Source of the DNA: a bacterium
GTDB taxonomy: Bacteria > Zhuqueibacterota > Zhuqueibacteria > Zhuqueibacterales > Zhuqueibacteraceae
DNA: 64,000 nucleotides
Direction: 5' to 3'
Assembly: GCA_044869275.1 (NCBI GenBank)
Contig: JBIOXB010000197.1
Location: forward strand, 1-64,000
This document shows, piece by piece, positions 29,401 to 38,480 of the stretch. The notes beneath the pieces are model-generated. The model was given only the letters and a program-made list of their open reading frames with translations. It searched no databases and was not told the origin of the DNA. The stretch's first letter is position 1. Every line of letters begins with the position of its first letter. The position numbers and the translations under genes are program-made.

Positions 29401-30331
29401 TTTCTTTGGTGATGGTGACCAAGTTGCGCAGCCACAGCGTGCGGCCGTCGGCGGCCAGCATGCGTTGCTCGAATTCATGATGGCGCTTGGCCGTGTCCGT
29501 CGCCAAAATCAAGCTCAAGTCCCAATCGCGATCGTCCGGATGCAAATGGGTCTTCCAAAAATCCGGCTCTTCGAGCCAGCACGAGACGGGATAACCGAGC
29601 AACCGCTCCGCCTGCTTGCTGACGAATGTCAACTGCAGGCTTTGCGCGTCGGCTTCCCACACGATGCCATCGATGGAATTGACCAATTCATCATATTGCC
29701 GGCGCGAACGCGCCAGTTCGGATTCCGCCTGCTGGCGTGCGGTGACGTCCAGCGCAATGCCGACGGCGCCGATGATTTCCCTCGATTCCGCGCGCAACGG
29801 CTCGACGAAACAATCAAAGCTGTGGCCCTGCCAATTCAATTCAAAATGCACGGACTCGCCTAACAGGGCGCGGCGGTGCGCGGCAACCGCTGGGAAATCC
29901 GCCTCCTTCGTGCCGAAGTACTCGAACAAGGTGGAGCCATCAACTTGTCCGGGCCGCAACTGTAGGGAGGACAAGCCCATGCCTGCCGAGGCCGTGAAAC
30001 GAAGATCGGGATCGGTCGCCCACAGGATCGCAGGAAGCTGCTTGATCACCAAGCGTAAATAAGCGTCGTGCTGGAAGCGCGCTTCAAAGATTTTTGCCGT
30101 GTCTTGCCGCGACCGCCGCTGATGCAGATGCATCAACACCGCCGCGCCTGCTGCCAGCGCGCTGACGACGGCCAGCAATGCTTCAAGAGAGGTCAATGGT
30201 TGCAAACAAGCCGCCATGATTTCCAAAAGAGGGTCTTTGCCCCGGTCCAAAAGCAGCACAGCGCTGGCGGGCGTGGCACAATGCCAGCAGCTCCAGAATG
30301 CCAATCGCGAGAGGCGTTTACAGAAATGCAT
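26426..30331 (-). CDS. Hybrid sensor histidine kinase (TM, 4 PAS, GAF, HisKA/HATPase, 2 REC)
   Basis: FLASMSHELRTPL, NLLSNAVKFT, DTGIG, GTGLGL and two receiver domains. True start may lie downstream. Confidence 0.92.
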   Translation of the reverse strand: MHFCKRLSRLAFWSCWHCATPASAVLLLDRGKDPLLEIMAACLQPLTSLEALLAVVSALAAGAAVLMHLHQRRSRQDTAKIFEARFQHDAYLRLVIKQLPAILWATDPDLRFTASAGMGLSSLQLRPGQVDGSTLFEYFGTKEADFPAVAAHRRALLGESVHFELNWQGHSFDCFVEPLRAESREIIGAVGIALDVTARQQAESELARSRRQYDELVNSIDGIVWEADAQSLQLTFVSKQAERLLGYPVSCWLEEPDFWKTHLHPDDRDWDLSLILATDTAKRHHEFEQRMLAADGRTLWLRNLVTITKENHRVVKLHGIMVNNSDRRLLVDELRAAHKALEEAHSQLAAIIEQAPAVAIQGYDADGTVTFWNRASEELYGFKGEHVVGKNLGEFLLSPQDAREFATMVRAALDTNTPAPVREWSMATAAGAACNVMSSMFPIRFGQNKTQVICMDVDITARKRTEDALQTSKERYRHLLETTNVIPWEAEPRAHGFIYVGPQCVKLLGYPREAWYQENFWLDHVLAEDRERVAQLCREQAQQHTEYDLEYRMIAADGRVFWFHDLVSVMRGEDGPEMLRGFLIDITERKRARDALLESQARLTLLNHLAKHIASGTLFEDIVAHTVAELGRYFAQVRVFYAALNDEGQLRVLQSLEPPGMPSLAGLVADLSMAPACLASLRRREPVVVPELEQDERVAPLRDFLATKHTRALLHVPIHEADKLVGVLGFDSPAPGTWSDHELNTLREITEYLAIAHKDARMQQERKKLEEERAAALSMANAELARAARTKDEFLASMSHELRTPLNAVLGISEALREQVYGATNEKQQAALRHLEESGQHLLVLINDILDLSKIEAGKLRLEIAPVAVEAVCSASLRLFTQMALEKRLKISFEQDEQVTLILADERRLKQILVNLLSNAVKFTPAGGEIGLEVAGDAKKGVVRFSIRDTGIGIAMIDIVKLFQPFVQLDSTLARQYSGTGLGLVLVHRMVELHGGGVVVESEPDKGSRFTVMLPWLKPVAATPAESAEPEEPALAKEGLFHHALIIDEESPEIDKLQKYLRELELDTQICPPHEEVVAAILRAMPDIIFLNIVLADPLGWQVLTQLKLDPRTQVIPVIIISERDARAQGLSLGAAEFLSKPVSREQLQWVLSKVAFEWPARVAQHAATVETVQAATGEPTHILLVEDSESNINTLFDYLMARRYRVQVARSGREVLQRVQKEKFDLVLMDIRLPGENGLEIISRMKSEGDLRAIPVIALTALAMPGDRERCLEAGANDYLSKPVSMKDLVEAIERQLQKA

Positions 30332-30858
30332 GATGGAATCCTAAAAGCTAGCCATGCCCATCGGGCGAGATGATCAACCCAGGCGCAGGAATCGGCTGCT
30401 TCGCGCGGGCACGCCTTCTGTGCGCAGGAAATTACAAAAAAGAGGTGAGGTAAAGATCGTCAACCGGTAAGAGATGATCGCGTGCACCGTCCTGGCATCA
30501 ACTCATCCTTGACATGAATGACCAAGCACTGGTCGGCGTGAGATTAAGGAATCTGGCCGGCAAGCGCAACGCTTTTTCGGATATGCACCGATTTATTGCG
30601 ATATTTTAATGATTGCGTGCTTTGCTTGAATGCGATACAATACTATATTCGCATCTTGGGCAGGCGCGGACGAGTCCAGTCAAATCCTTTGCGCCCAAAC
30701 GGGAGGTCCGGCGGCCAAGCGCGGACGGATTGTCACAAAAAAAGATTGCACGGCGCGGCGTTGCTGTTATATTGTGTTTCTGGGACGTGGGCAATGCCGT
30801 TGCAACAAATGCGTGATTCGTAAGGCGCAAGCAATCTGTAGTGTAAAAAGGAGCAATC

Positions 30859-31239
30859 ATGTTCTGCCCCGAATGCCAAACTGAATACGAACCTTGGGTG
30901 AAGGAATGTGCGGATTGCCTCGTGCCACTGGTGGAGACTTTGCCGGCAGAGGTTGAAGTTGAGTCCTCAGTATCCGTCACGGTTTTTTCAACCGGCAACC
31001 CCGCATTGCTCGCGATGGCAAAATCCATTTTGGAAGAAGCGGCGATTGTTTATCTTGCCAAGGGCGAAGGCTTGCAGAATCTGTTCGCAGCCGGAAGCAT
31101 CGGCGGCTATAACCCCGCGCTCGGGCCCGTGGAAATCCAGGTCGCCGCGGAGTTTGCCTCTGAAGCGCGCGCATTATTGCAGGAATTGGAAGGCGATACG
31201 AATCGAGGCGTGGAAGACGAAGAAAATGATGAAGAATGA
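30859..31239 (+). CDS. DUF2007-type signal-transduction protein with N-terminal zinc ribbon
   Basis: MFCPEC..EY......CADC..PLV, AKSILEEA and VEIQV; AGGAG RBS. Confidence 0.8.
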   Translation: MFCPECQTEYEPWVKECADCLVPLVETLPAEVEVESSVSVTVFSTGNPALLAMAKSILEEAAIVYLAKGEGLQNLFAAGSIGGYNPALGPVEIQVAAEFASEARALLQELEGDTNRGVEDEENDEE

Positions 31240-31678
31240 TCGTGCGTGGTGGAAAAACCTGAATTGGAAACTCCTCAAAAAACTCTCTTTACTGGGCGTG
31301 GTCATGGGCATCGCGACGGTGTGGGGATGGGTGGGCAATTACGAGGGCTTGGCGTGGTTTCTGCTCGCCGTCATTTGTGCGCTGGTCATCGGCCGGAAAG
31401 TCAGGCGGCAGCATTTTCCACACGGCTTGCTCGCCGGCGCGATCGCCAGCCTGATCGCGCAAATTTTTCAAGTCATTTTCTTCCCGGCTTATTTGGCCAA
31501 CAGTCTGGAGCACACTGCGGATTTTAATCAACTGCCGATTGATTTTCCCCCACGTTTGCTGCTCGCGCTGCTTGCGCCGTTTATTGCCGCCGCGAGCGGC
31601 ATCGTCCTGGGCGTCATGTCTTGGGCCGCGGCCAGGTATGTATTTCGCTCGCCCCAGGCCCCGGCAGCTCAATCGTGA
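31226..31678 (+). CDS. Hypothetical membrane protein
   Basis: About 4 hydrophobic segments; start overlaps the end of the previous gene. Confidence 0.7.
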   Translation: MMKNDRAWWKNLNWKLLKKLSLLGVVMGIATVWGWVGNYEGLAWFLLAVICALVIGRKVRRQHFPHGLLAGAIASLIAQIFQVIFFPAYLANSLEHTADFNQLPIDFPPRLLLALLAPFIAAASGIVLGVMSWAAARYVFRSPQAPAAQS

Positions 31679-31748
31679 GTGCGGCGCCTTTCACCTTCCG
31701 CCAATGGTTTGCACGGGCGGCGCCCTGGCAAGAGCCGCCGCCCGCGTT

Positions 31749-32273
31749 TCAATCCAAGTACACCCACAACAGCCTCAGGCTTTTGGCATCCATGTCTTCG
31801 GAACGATTGACGAGATAGATGTCGTTGCAAATGTCGCGGATCATCATCTGCCCGTTGCCGAGCTGGCGTGGACGCTCGTGGCGGCGCGTCAGAAAGCTGC
31901 GCGGCCCGGCCGTGGTCAGCACTTCCCAATGAAAAAACTCCATTTGATCGGAGATGCTGAGAATTTGCGTCACGCGCGGCAGGAAGTTGCGCAACGCCAG
32001 TTCTTCTTCGATCAATTGCCGCTGCTCTCCGGTCAATTCTTCCAAGGTTTCGATCAAAACCAACTCGTGGCCTTTATCGTCGCGCAAGCTGATGTACTCG
32101 TGCGGCTTGCTCCAGGGAAAGCAGCACACCGCCTGAACCGACGCTGCTTCGTCCGCGCCCTCACCCTTCAGCCCGTGCAAAACCAGACGGCCTTCCGTAT
32201 TGCGCGACAAATGCCAGGCAGGCTCTCTGTTGATTTGTGCAACGATGCCTTCAGTTTGAAAACTCATGCTCAT
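31749..32273 (-). CDS. DUF1854 domain protein
   Basis: FPWS.P.EYISL, EELALRNFLP, WEV.T..G.RSF, IRD...IY and LLWVY; downstream of the ABC exporter. Confidence 0.8.
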   Translation of the reverse strand: MSMSFQTEGIVAQINREPAWHLSRNTEGRLVLHGLKGEGADEAASVQAVCCFPWSKPHEYISLRDDKGHELVLIETLEELTGEQRQLIEEELALRNFLPRVTQILSISDQMEFFHWEVLTTAGPRSFLTRRHERPRQLGNGQMMIRDICNDIYLVNRSEDMDAKSLRLLWVYLD

Positions 32274-32359
32274 ATCTTCTTCCTTTTCGCCAACCTTCTT
32301 CACCACAACCTAAAAGCCCTTTCGGAGATTCTTCTGCGCTCAGATACTTCTGAATGATT

Positions 32360-32470
32360 CCTGCTCCGATTCATACTCACGCTCATACTCATCCTCATAC
32401 GCCTACTCTTACTCGCATTGCAAAAACTCAAAGCGCGTAAGAGTAAGAGTATGAGCGTGAGCAAGAGCAA
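32360..32470. repeat. Inverted hexamer repeat cluster
   Basis: CTCATA/CTCACG/CTCTTA units followed by TAAGAG/TATGAG/CAAGAG units; same type at 49078-49180. Confidence 0.75.
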
Positions 32471-32483
32471 GCGGTATCCAGCC

Positions 32484-34790
32484 TTACACCGCAATTAATG
32501 CCTGCAATTCCAACTGCGTATGATGCAGCTTGGCATAGACACCATCGGGTTTCGCCAGCAATTCCTGATGTGTGCCTTGTTCCACCAGCCTACCGTCGTC
32601 CATCACGAACAAACGATCGGCAGCGCTCAACGTGGAGAGCCGATGGGCGATGGCGAATGTGGTTCTGCCGGAAACCAGTCTTTGCAAGGCTTCCTGAATT
32701 TTCTTCTCGGTTTCGGTATCCACCGAGCTGGTGGCCTCGTCGAGAATCAACACGCGCGGATTGTGCAGAATTGCGCGCGCGATGCTGATGCGCTGGCGCT
32801 CGCCGCCCGAAAGCGTCAAACCGCGTTCGCCCACCATGGTGTCGTAGCCATCCGGCAAGCCGCAAATGAACTCATGCGCATTCGCAGCTTGGGCGGCGTG
32901 GATGATGTCCTTCAGCGAGGCCTGCTGCGAGCCATAAGCAATGTTCTCCGCAATCGTGCCGCGGAACAGGTACGGCTCCTGCAAGACCACGCCGATTTGC
33001 CGCCGCATGTCGTACAGATCGAGATCGCGCACGTCGGTACCGTCGATTTTAACCGTGCCGTCCTTCACGTCGTAAAAACGGCAGATCAAATTGATCAAGG
33101 TGGTCTTGCCGCTGCCAGAAGAACCGGCCAGGCCGATCATTTCTCCCGGCTTCACTTCAAACGACACGCCCTTCAAAACATTGCGCACGCCGTCGTAGCT
33201 AAACGTCACCTTCTCGAAACTCACGCGCCCTTGCATGGGATGGAGCACGATCGCGTCCGGCTTGCTGGTGATGGTCGGCGTGGTGTCCAAAACTTCGAAC
33301 ACGCGCGAAGCCGAAGTCGTGGCGCGGTTTATGGTGCGGCTCATCATGCCCAAGTGTTTTACCGGCTCCCAAAACATCCACATGTAACCGGTGAAGGCGA
33401 CGAACACGCCGAGCGGCATGCCTTCGGCGCCGTTGCTGAGCACGTGGCGCAGCACACGCGGTGCGCCCACGGCCCACACGATCAAGCTGCACACGTGCAT
33501 CAACATCACCATCGTCGGCCAGAAGCGCGTCCATTCCTCGTGCAATTTGTCGGCCTCGGCCTCGACCGCCTTGCTGCGCGTCTGAAAGCGCTCATTCTCA
33601 TGATCCTCTTGCGCAAAAGCTTTGACCACACGCATCCCGGGAATCACGTCGGACAGCACGCCGGTCATCGCCGACCACTTGCGCCAGATGCGCAAAAAGA
33701 ACACTTGGATCTTTTTGCTGTGGCGGTAAAACAGCCAGGTCATCAACGGCAGCGGCAGCAGCACGAAAGCCGCCAGGGAATAATCCATCGCCAGCAAGGC
33801 GATGGTCACACCGATGATTTGCAGCACCGACACGACGATTTCAATAATGCCGAAGGTGATAAAATCCCACAGCCGGTCCGTGTCCGAGCTGATGCGTGTG
33901 ATCAACGAGCCGGTCGAGCGCGTGGCAAAGAACGACAGACTCAGCTTTTGCATGTGCGCGTAGATTTGTTCGCGCAGTTGCGTCGCGATTTTCTCCCCGG
34001 TGAGGGCCATAATGCGCAAACGCAGGAACGAAACAAACTCGCCCGCGCTCCACACAAAAGCGAGGCTGCCGATGATTGCCCACAGCCAGAACCAAGGATC
34101 GGCCATGCGGCCCGTTTCCACCGGGCGCAGAATCTTGTCGATCATCGCGCCGGTCAAATACGGCGGCAGCAGCTGCAGAGCCGTGAGCAGCACCGCCAGC
34201 GACAAACCGACCGCCACGGCGCGGCGATGGGCCCCCAGGTACGACAGCAAACGCAGCAGCACGCCCATCCTCGGCACGGCGAGTGCGGCTTTGGCTTCGA
34301 GCACGGGCTCGATCATCGCTTCCTGATACTCGCTCGCGCTGTCCAATTCCTCTGCCAAAGCCGGAGGCGGCTGGTTCCCCAGCAAGCGTTCGCGTCTCTG
34401 TTCGGCAATGAATTTTAGATTACCGATGGCGCGGCTCTGGCGGCGGGAGAACTGCACCGCCGCCAGCAGCTTCTTGTCCGCGCTCACCAGGTTCAGCCGG
34501 CTGCTGGTCAGGCCTTCGAGCACATCGAATTTTTCCACCTCGCGCAAAGCGAACTTGGCGGTGATCCATGCCGTCGAGCCGTTTTGCCAAGCACCGTCCG
34601 GTTCGGCAATCACGAAATGGCCGTCGCTGAGCACCAGCCAGCGCTGCGTAAAATGCAAGCCGCCATCCAAATCGCTCATCGCGAACGCATGAATGTTTTC
34701 CGGCCCGCAGGCGCGTTGCACGGCTTGCTCCACTTCGGGAGGCAAGGTTTCGGGTTGGTGAAAATAATCCTGTAGCAGATTTCTGGTCAT
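32484..34790 (-). CDS. ABC exporter (TMD + NBD) with N-terminal extension, DUF1854-associated type
   Basis: GSSGSGKTT, LSGGERQR, ILDEATSSVD and IAHRLST; ABC membrane domain; about 170-aa soluble N-terminal domain. Confidence 0.92.
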   Translation of the reverse strand: MTRNLLQDYFHQPETLPPEVEQAVQRACGPENIHAFAMSDLDGGLHFTQRWLVLSDGHFVIAEPDGAWQNGSTAWITAKFALREVEKFDVLEGLTSSRLNLVSADKKLLAAVQFSRRQSRAIGNLKFIAEQRRERLLGNQPPPALAEELDSASEYQEAMIEPVLEAKAALAVPRMGVLLRLLSYLGAHRRAVAVGLSLAVLLTALQLLPPYLTGAMIDKILRPVETGRMADPWFWLWAIIGSLAFVWSAGEFVSFLRLRIMALTGEKIATQLREQIYAHMQKLSLSFFATRSTGSLITRISSDTDRLWDFITFGIIEIVVSVLQIIGVTIALLAMDYSLAAFVLLPLPLMTWLFYRHSKKIQVFFLRIWRKWSAMTGVLSDVIPGMRVVKAFAQEDHENERFQTRSKAVEAEADKLHEEWTRFWPTMVMLMHVCSLIVWAVGAPRVLRHVLSNGAEGMPLGVFVAFTGYMWMFWEPVKHLGMMSRTINRATTSASRVFEVLDTTPTITSKPDAIVLHPMQGRVSFEKVTFSYDGVRNVLKGVSFEVKPGEMIGLAGSSGSGKTTLINLICRFYDVKDGTVKIDGTDVRDLDLYDMRRQIGVVLQEPYLFRGTIAENIAYGSQQASLKDIIHAAQAANAHEFICGLPDGYDTMVGERGLTLSGGERQRISIARAILHNPRVLILDEATSSVDTETEKKIQEALQRLVSGRTTFAIAHRLSTLSAADRLFVMDDGRLVEQGTHQELLAKPDGVYAKLHHTQLELQALIAV

Positions 34791-35091
34791 ATTCGCTTCC
34801 TTGGATTCAAGCCAAACTTAGAGATTTCGTATCAGCCGTGGCGTCGCTACTCCTGGCCGTGCAAGCCTATGGCTTACAGTCAGGATGACGGCGCTGCTTC
34901 ACCGGCATGATTCGGTTCAAGACATGACAAAGCACCGGCTGAACATGCCCGCGGCGAAATGCCGCGGCCTGCCAGTTTTGTTCGTAGGAATGCCACAGAC
35001 GCAAGCCCTTGAGCATGCGCTCCGATCACACCAGTGGGACAAGGGAATGCGATCCCGCGGGCGTGGTCTGGATTTTAGTTGATCATGCCGG

Positions 35092-35131
35092 GAAGAAAAA
35101 GCGCTGCCGCCTGCCCTACAGGGAGCGGCAA
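35092..35131 (-). terminator. Leader terminator (attenuator)
   Basis: TGCCGCTCCCTGTAGGGCAGGCGGCA hairpin followed by GCGC and TTTTTCTT on the minus strand. Confidence 0.6.
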
Positions 35132-35150
35132 AAGGACTCGGGCGCGGTGG

Positions 35151-35195
35151 TCAATGCCGGCCGCGAACTCGTGGAGTATTGATGGTAAGGATCAT
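35151..35195 (-). CDS. Putative leader peptide MILTINTPRVRGRH
   Basis: Strong RBS AAAGGGGGT 9 nt upstream; followed by a terminator; lies in the leader of the ABC gene. Confidence 0.6.
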   Translation of the reverse strand: MILTINTPRVRGRH

Positions 35196-35341
35196 GAAGA
35201 CATTACCCCCTTTCCTGGTTTGGGACGGGTCGCGCTCACTTCTTTGCAACCGGGTCCTGGTGATTTCTTGTTTCCTGGCACTCGCACAAAAGGAGGCTGG
35301 ATTTGACTCTCAATATATCTCAATTACAGCATATGTGTAGA

Positions 35342-35369
35342 AAGATAACAAAAGCTGGAATCTTTGCAA
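35342..35369 (-). promoter_or_regulatory. Sigma70-like promoter for the ABC leader
   Basis: TTGCAA-N16-TATCTT with an extended TG; same motif as 14298-14325. Confidence 0.45.
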
Positions 35370-35511
35370 GAAAGTTTTTTGTCTGGCTTGTTTTGTGTCC
35401 TTCATTTTGTTAAAATAAGCACGCGCCCATCCCAGAAAACTGAAATGTCATTGTCTTCGGGACCTCATTGGAAATCGTCCAGGTGTCGGTTTGCAGTCTT
35501 GTTTTATCTCC

Positions 35512-36141
35512 ATGCTAATTTCCTCAAGAGACATTCTAAGCATTCTCGCGGCACAGCAACGGCGGCAGGCGACAAACACCAGCCTAAAGCATTCCGCCGT
35601 GATGATGATTCTCTGCGAGCGTGAGGTGCACGCGGCATTACACACCCACGTTGTTTTCATCATGAAAGCCAGCGACGGCTCGCTCCACGGCGGTCAAATC
35701 GCGTTTCCCGGCGGCAAAGTGGAACCGGGAGAAGAGGTCTTGGCAGCTGCGCTGCGCGAAACGCAGGAAGAAATTGGCGTGGCACCGGAACAGCTCGAAG
35801 TGCTGGGCAGTCTGGGCTATTTCAGCACCATGACCACGGGCTACGATGCCGCGGTGTTCGTGGCGCGGCCGCGCCAGCCGCTGCGTTATGCGCCGCAGAC
35901 CGGCGAGGTCGCCGCGATTTTCGAAATTCCGCTGGTGGCATTATTGGCGCAATTCGATTCTGCCTTGCAGATTCAAACGCCAGCAGACATGCTCAAGCTG
36001 CATTTTCATCTTCCCGCCGCAACGCATGTAAAATGGCAAACGCCGGCTTGGTCCGCCGGACAAACACAAATCTGCATCTGGGGTTTCACCGCGCGCGTGC
36101 TGCAGCACTTCTTCCAGATGAAAATCCGGCTTGCTTCATAA
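35512..36141 (+). CDS. Nudix hydrolase, CoA pyrophosphatase-like
   Basis: HGGQIAFPGGKVEPGE...AALRETQEEIG and IWGFTA motifs. Confidence 0.88.
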   Translation: MLISSRDILSILAAQQRRQATNTSLKHSAVMMILCEREVHAALHTHVVFIMKASDGSLHGGQIAFPGGKVEPGEEVLAAALRETQEEIGVAPEQLEVLGSLGYFSTMTTGYDAAVFVARPRQPLRYAPQTGEVAAIFEIPLVALLAQFDSALQIQTPADMLKLHFHLPAATHVKWQTPAWSAGQTQICIWGFTARVLQHFFQMKIRLAS

Positions 36142-36336
36142 GAAATGGGCGCTAAATTATTGGTCGAATTCCCGGGCGACGGGCCAGCGTTGCATCTCGC
36201 ACAAGAGCCAGTCCTCCGCCGGCCGCATTTTATGACCTTCTTTTTGCATTTTACACGTTACACTTTACACTTTAATCGTGTAAAGTGTAAGACGCGTCTT
36301 GCGCTTAAAATACTAACTTTGAAGCGATGAGGAACC

Positions 36337-36678
36337 ATGTCGGTAACTGTGCGAACTGTTTTTCTATTGATTCTCTCCAACCTCTTCATGACTTTTGCCT
36401 GGTATGGCCATCTTAGAAACTTGCACGACAAAAAATGGTACGTCGCCGCGATGGCAAGCTGGGGCATTGCCCTTTTCGAATACTTGATTCAAGTCCCGGC
36501 CAATCGCATCGGCTACGGCGTCTTGAGTCTGGCGCAGCTTAAAATCCTGCAAGAGCTGATCACGCTTTCGGTATTTGTGCCCTTTTCGATCTATTACATG
36601 AATCAGCCGATCAAGCAGGATTACTTTTACGCCATGATTTGCATGATCGGCGCGGTGTATTTTATTTTCAGATCGTAG
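36337..36678 (+). CDS. DMT-family small membrane protein (DUF486-like)
   Basis: SNLFMTFAWYGHL, SWGIALFEY..QVPANRIG and QLKILQE motifs. Confidence 0.88.
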   Translation: MSVTVRTVFLLILSNLFMTFAWYGHLRNLHDKKWYVAAMASWGIALFEYLIQVPANRIGYGVLSLAQLKILQELITLSVFVPFSIYYMNQPIKQDYFYAMICMIGAVYFIFRS

Positions 36679-36762
36679 CGAAATTCGACTTGCGCCGTGC
36701 TGCCGGCATGGTTTTCTTTATTTCATGCGCACCTCGACTTCGCCCACAAGGATAAAACCGTC

Positions 36763-37836
36763 ATGACGCTGGAATCATTAGGCTGGCACCCTTTTTTTGC
36801 GGCGTATTTTGAAGCGTATGCCACCGCCGGTTATTGCGCCGGTCGCGTGGCCATGCAGCACAAAGGCGCCTACACGTTGTATGCGGAACACGGCGAGCTG
36901 CGCGGCGAAGTCACCGGCAAAATGCTGCATCTGGCCGAGGGCGCGCAGGATTTGCCCGCCGTCGGCGATTGGGTGGCGCTGAGCGTGCGGCCGCAGGAAG
37001 GCGCGGCTACGATTCACGCGATTCTGCCGCGGCGCAGCCAATTTGTACGCCGTGCCGCCGGCGAGAAAGAAGAAGCGCAAGTGATCGCCAGCAACATCGA
37101 TCATGTTTTCCTGGTGATGGGTCTGGACGCCAACCACAATTTGCAGCGCCTCGAGCGCTATCTCGTGCTGGCTTGGGAAAGCGGAGCCGGCCCGGTGATC
37201 GTGCTCAATAAAGCCGATCTTTGCGAAGACCTCGATCGCCGGAAACAGGAAGTGGAAGAAATTGCCCTGGGCGTAACGGTGCTGGTGATGAGCGCCAAAG
37301 AGCATCAAGGCGTCGAGGCGATGCGTGAGTTTCTGCAAGCGGGCAAGACCGGCGCCTTGCTCGGCTCTTCCGGCGTGGGCAAATCGACCCTGGTGAATCA
37401 ACTCGTGGGCGCCGAAAAACAAAAGATCAAAGAAGTGCGTGAGACCGATGGGCGCGGCCGGCACGCGACGACGCATCGCGAGTTGATCTTGTTGCCTGCC
37501 GGCGGCTTGTTGATCGACACGCCGGGCATGCGCGAGTTGCAGCTTTGGGGCGGCGAGGAAGGCCTGCAAGACACGTTTGAAGACATTCAAGCGATGGCGC
37601 AGCAATGCCGTTTCCGCGATTGCCGGCATCAAGCCGAGCCGGATTGCGCGGTGCAACAGGCCCTGGCCAGCGGCGAGCTGGAGGGGCGCCGCTACCAAAA
37701 CTTCCTCAAATTGCAGCGCGAGGCGAGTTATCAGGAACGCAAGGTCGATCCCACCGCCGCGCTTCTGCAAAAGCAAGAATGGAAAAGAATCCACGCCAGG
37801 CAAAAGCGGCATTATAAAGATACCAAGAAAAAATGA
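36763..37836 (+). CDS. rsgA: Ribosome small subunit-dependent GTPase A
   Basis: PAVGDWV, NKADL, GSSGVGKST, GRHATT, DTPGMRE and CRFRDCRH..EPDC motifs. Confidence 0.95.
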   Translation: MTLESLGWHPFFAAYFEAYATAGYCAGRVAMQHKGAYTLYAEHGELRGEVTGKMLHLAEGAQDLPAVGDWVALSVRPQEGAATIHAILPRRSQFVRRAAGEKEEAQVIASNIDHVFLVMGLDANHNLQRLERYLVLAWESGAGPVIVLNKADLCEDLDRRKQEVEEIALGVTVLVMSAKEHQGVEAMREFLQAGKTGALLGSSGVGKSTLVNQLVGAEKQKIKEVRETDGRGRHATTHRELILLPAGGLLIDTPGMRELQLWGGEEGLQDTFEDIQAMAQQCRFRDCRHQAEPDCAVQQALASGELEGRRYQNFLKLQREASYQERKVDPTAALLQKQEWKRIHARQKRHYKDTKKK

Positions 37837-38480
37837 CGATCTTCTCTGAAGCCGATCGTGAGCAAATCGCAGCAGCGGTGAAATCCGCCGAAGGCAGCAC
37901 CGCCGGCGAGATCGTGCCCTATGTCGTCGAGCGCAGTGACGACTATGAAGTCGCGCTGTGGCGCGGCGGCCTGTCTTTAAGCTTGCTGGTGATCACGGGG
38001 TTGTTGCTCGTGCGCGTCTTCACTTCGTTCTGGCTCGATCTGCGTTTCGCCCAAACGGCGATGCTGATTCTGCTGGCGCACGGCCTGGGCATGGTTGCCG
38101 TGTATTTCATCCCCGCGCTGAGAAGGTTTTTCACCGGGCGGGAAGCGCTGGAGCACAAAGTTGCCCAGCGCGCGGCGCAAGCCTTTTTGTCCGAAGAAAT
38201 CTTCAATACGCGCGACCGCACCGGCATTCTGATCTTTTTGAGCCTGCTCGAGCGCCAGGTGATTGTCATGGGCGATGCGGGCATTAACGCCAAAGTTCAG
38301 CAACACGATTGGGACGAGGTGGCGCAGATCATTGTGCGCGGTATGCGCGGCGGTGAGCCGGCAAAGGCCCTGATTTCCGCCATCCATAAGTGCGGCGAGT
38401 TGTTGCAACGCAAGGGCGTGGTACGCCGGCCCGACGATGCCGACGAACTGGCCGATGGCCTGCGCATGGCCGGAAGATGA
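37833..38480 (+). CDS. TPM-domain membrane protein
   Basis: AE..T.GEIVP and TRDRTGILIFLS..ER....GD.GI; C-terminal DELAD. Confidence 0.85.
   Translation: MTIFSEADREQIAAAVKSAEGSTAGEIVPYVVERSDDYEVALWRGGLSLSLLVITGLLLVRVFTSFWLDLRFAQTAMLILLAHGLGMVAVYFIPALRRFFTGREALEHKVAQRAAQAFLSEEIFNTRDRTGILIFLSLLERQVIVMGDAGINAKVQQHDWDEVAQIIVRGMRGGEPAKALISAIHKCGELLQRKGVVRRPDDADELADGLRMAGR

Noticed and set aside
30908..31225. N-terminal 106 aa of the 256-aa ORF
   Set aside because: It overlaps the DUF2007 gene out of frame; the real start is probably the ATG at 31226 or 31229.
32520..34418. 632-aa plus-strand ORF, and similar long antisense ORFs over add, rny, miaB, uvrA and rsgA
   Set aside because: These are shadow ORFs typical of GC-rich codon usage opposite well-supported genes.
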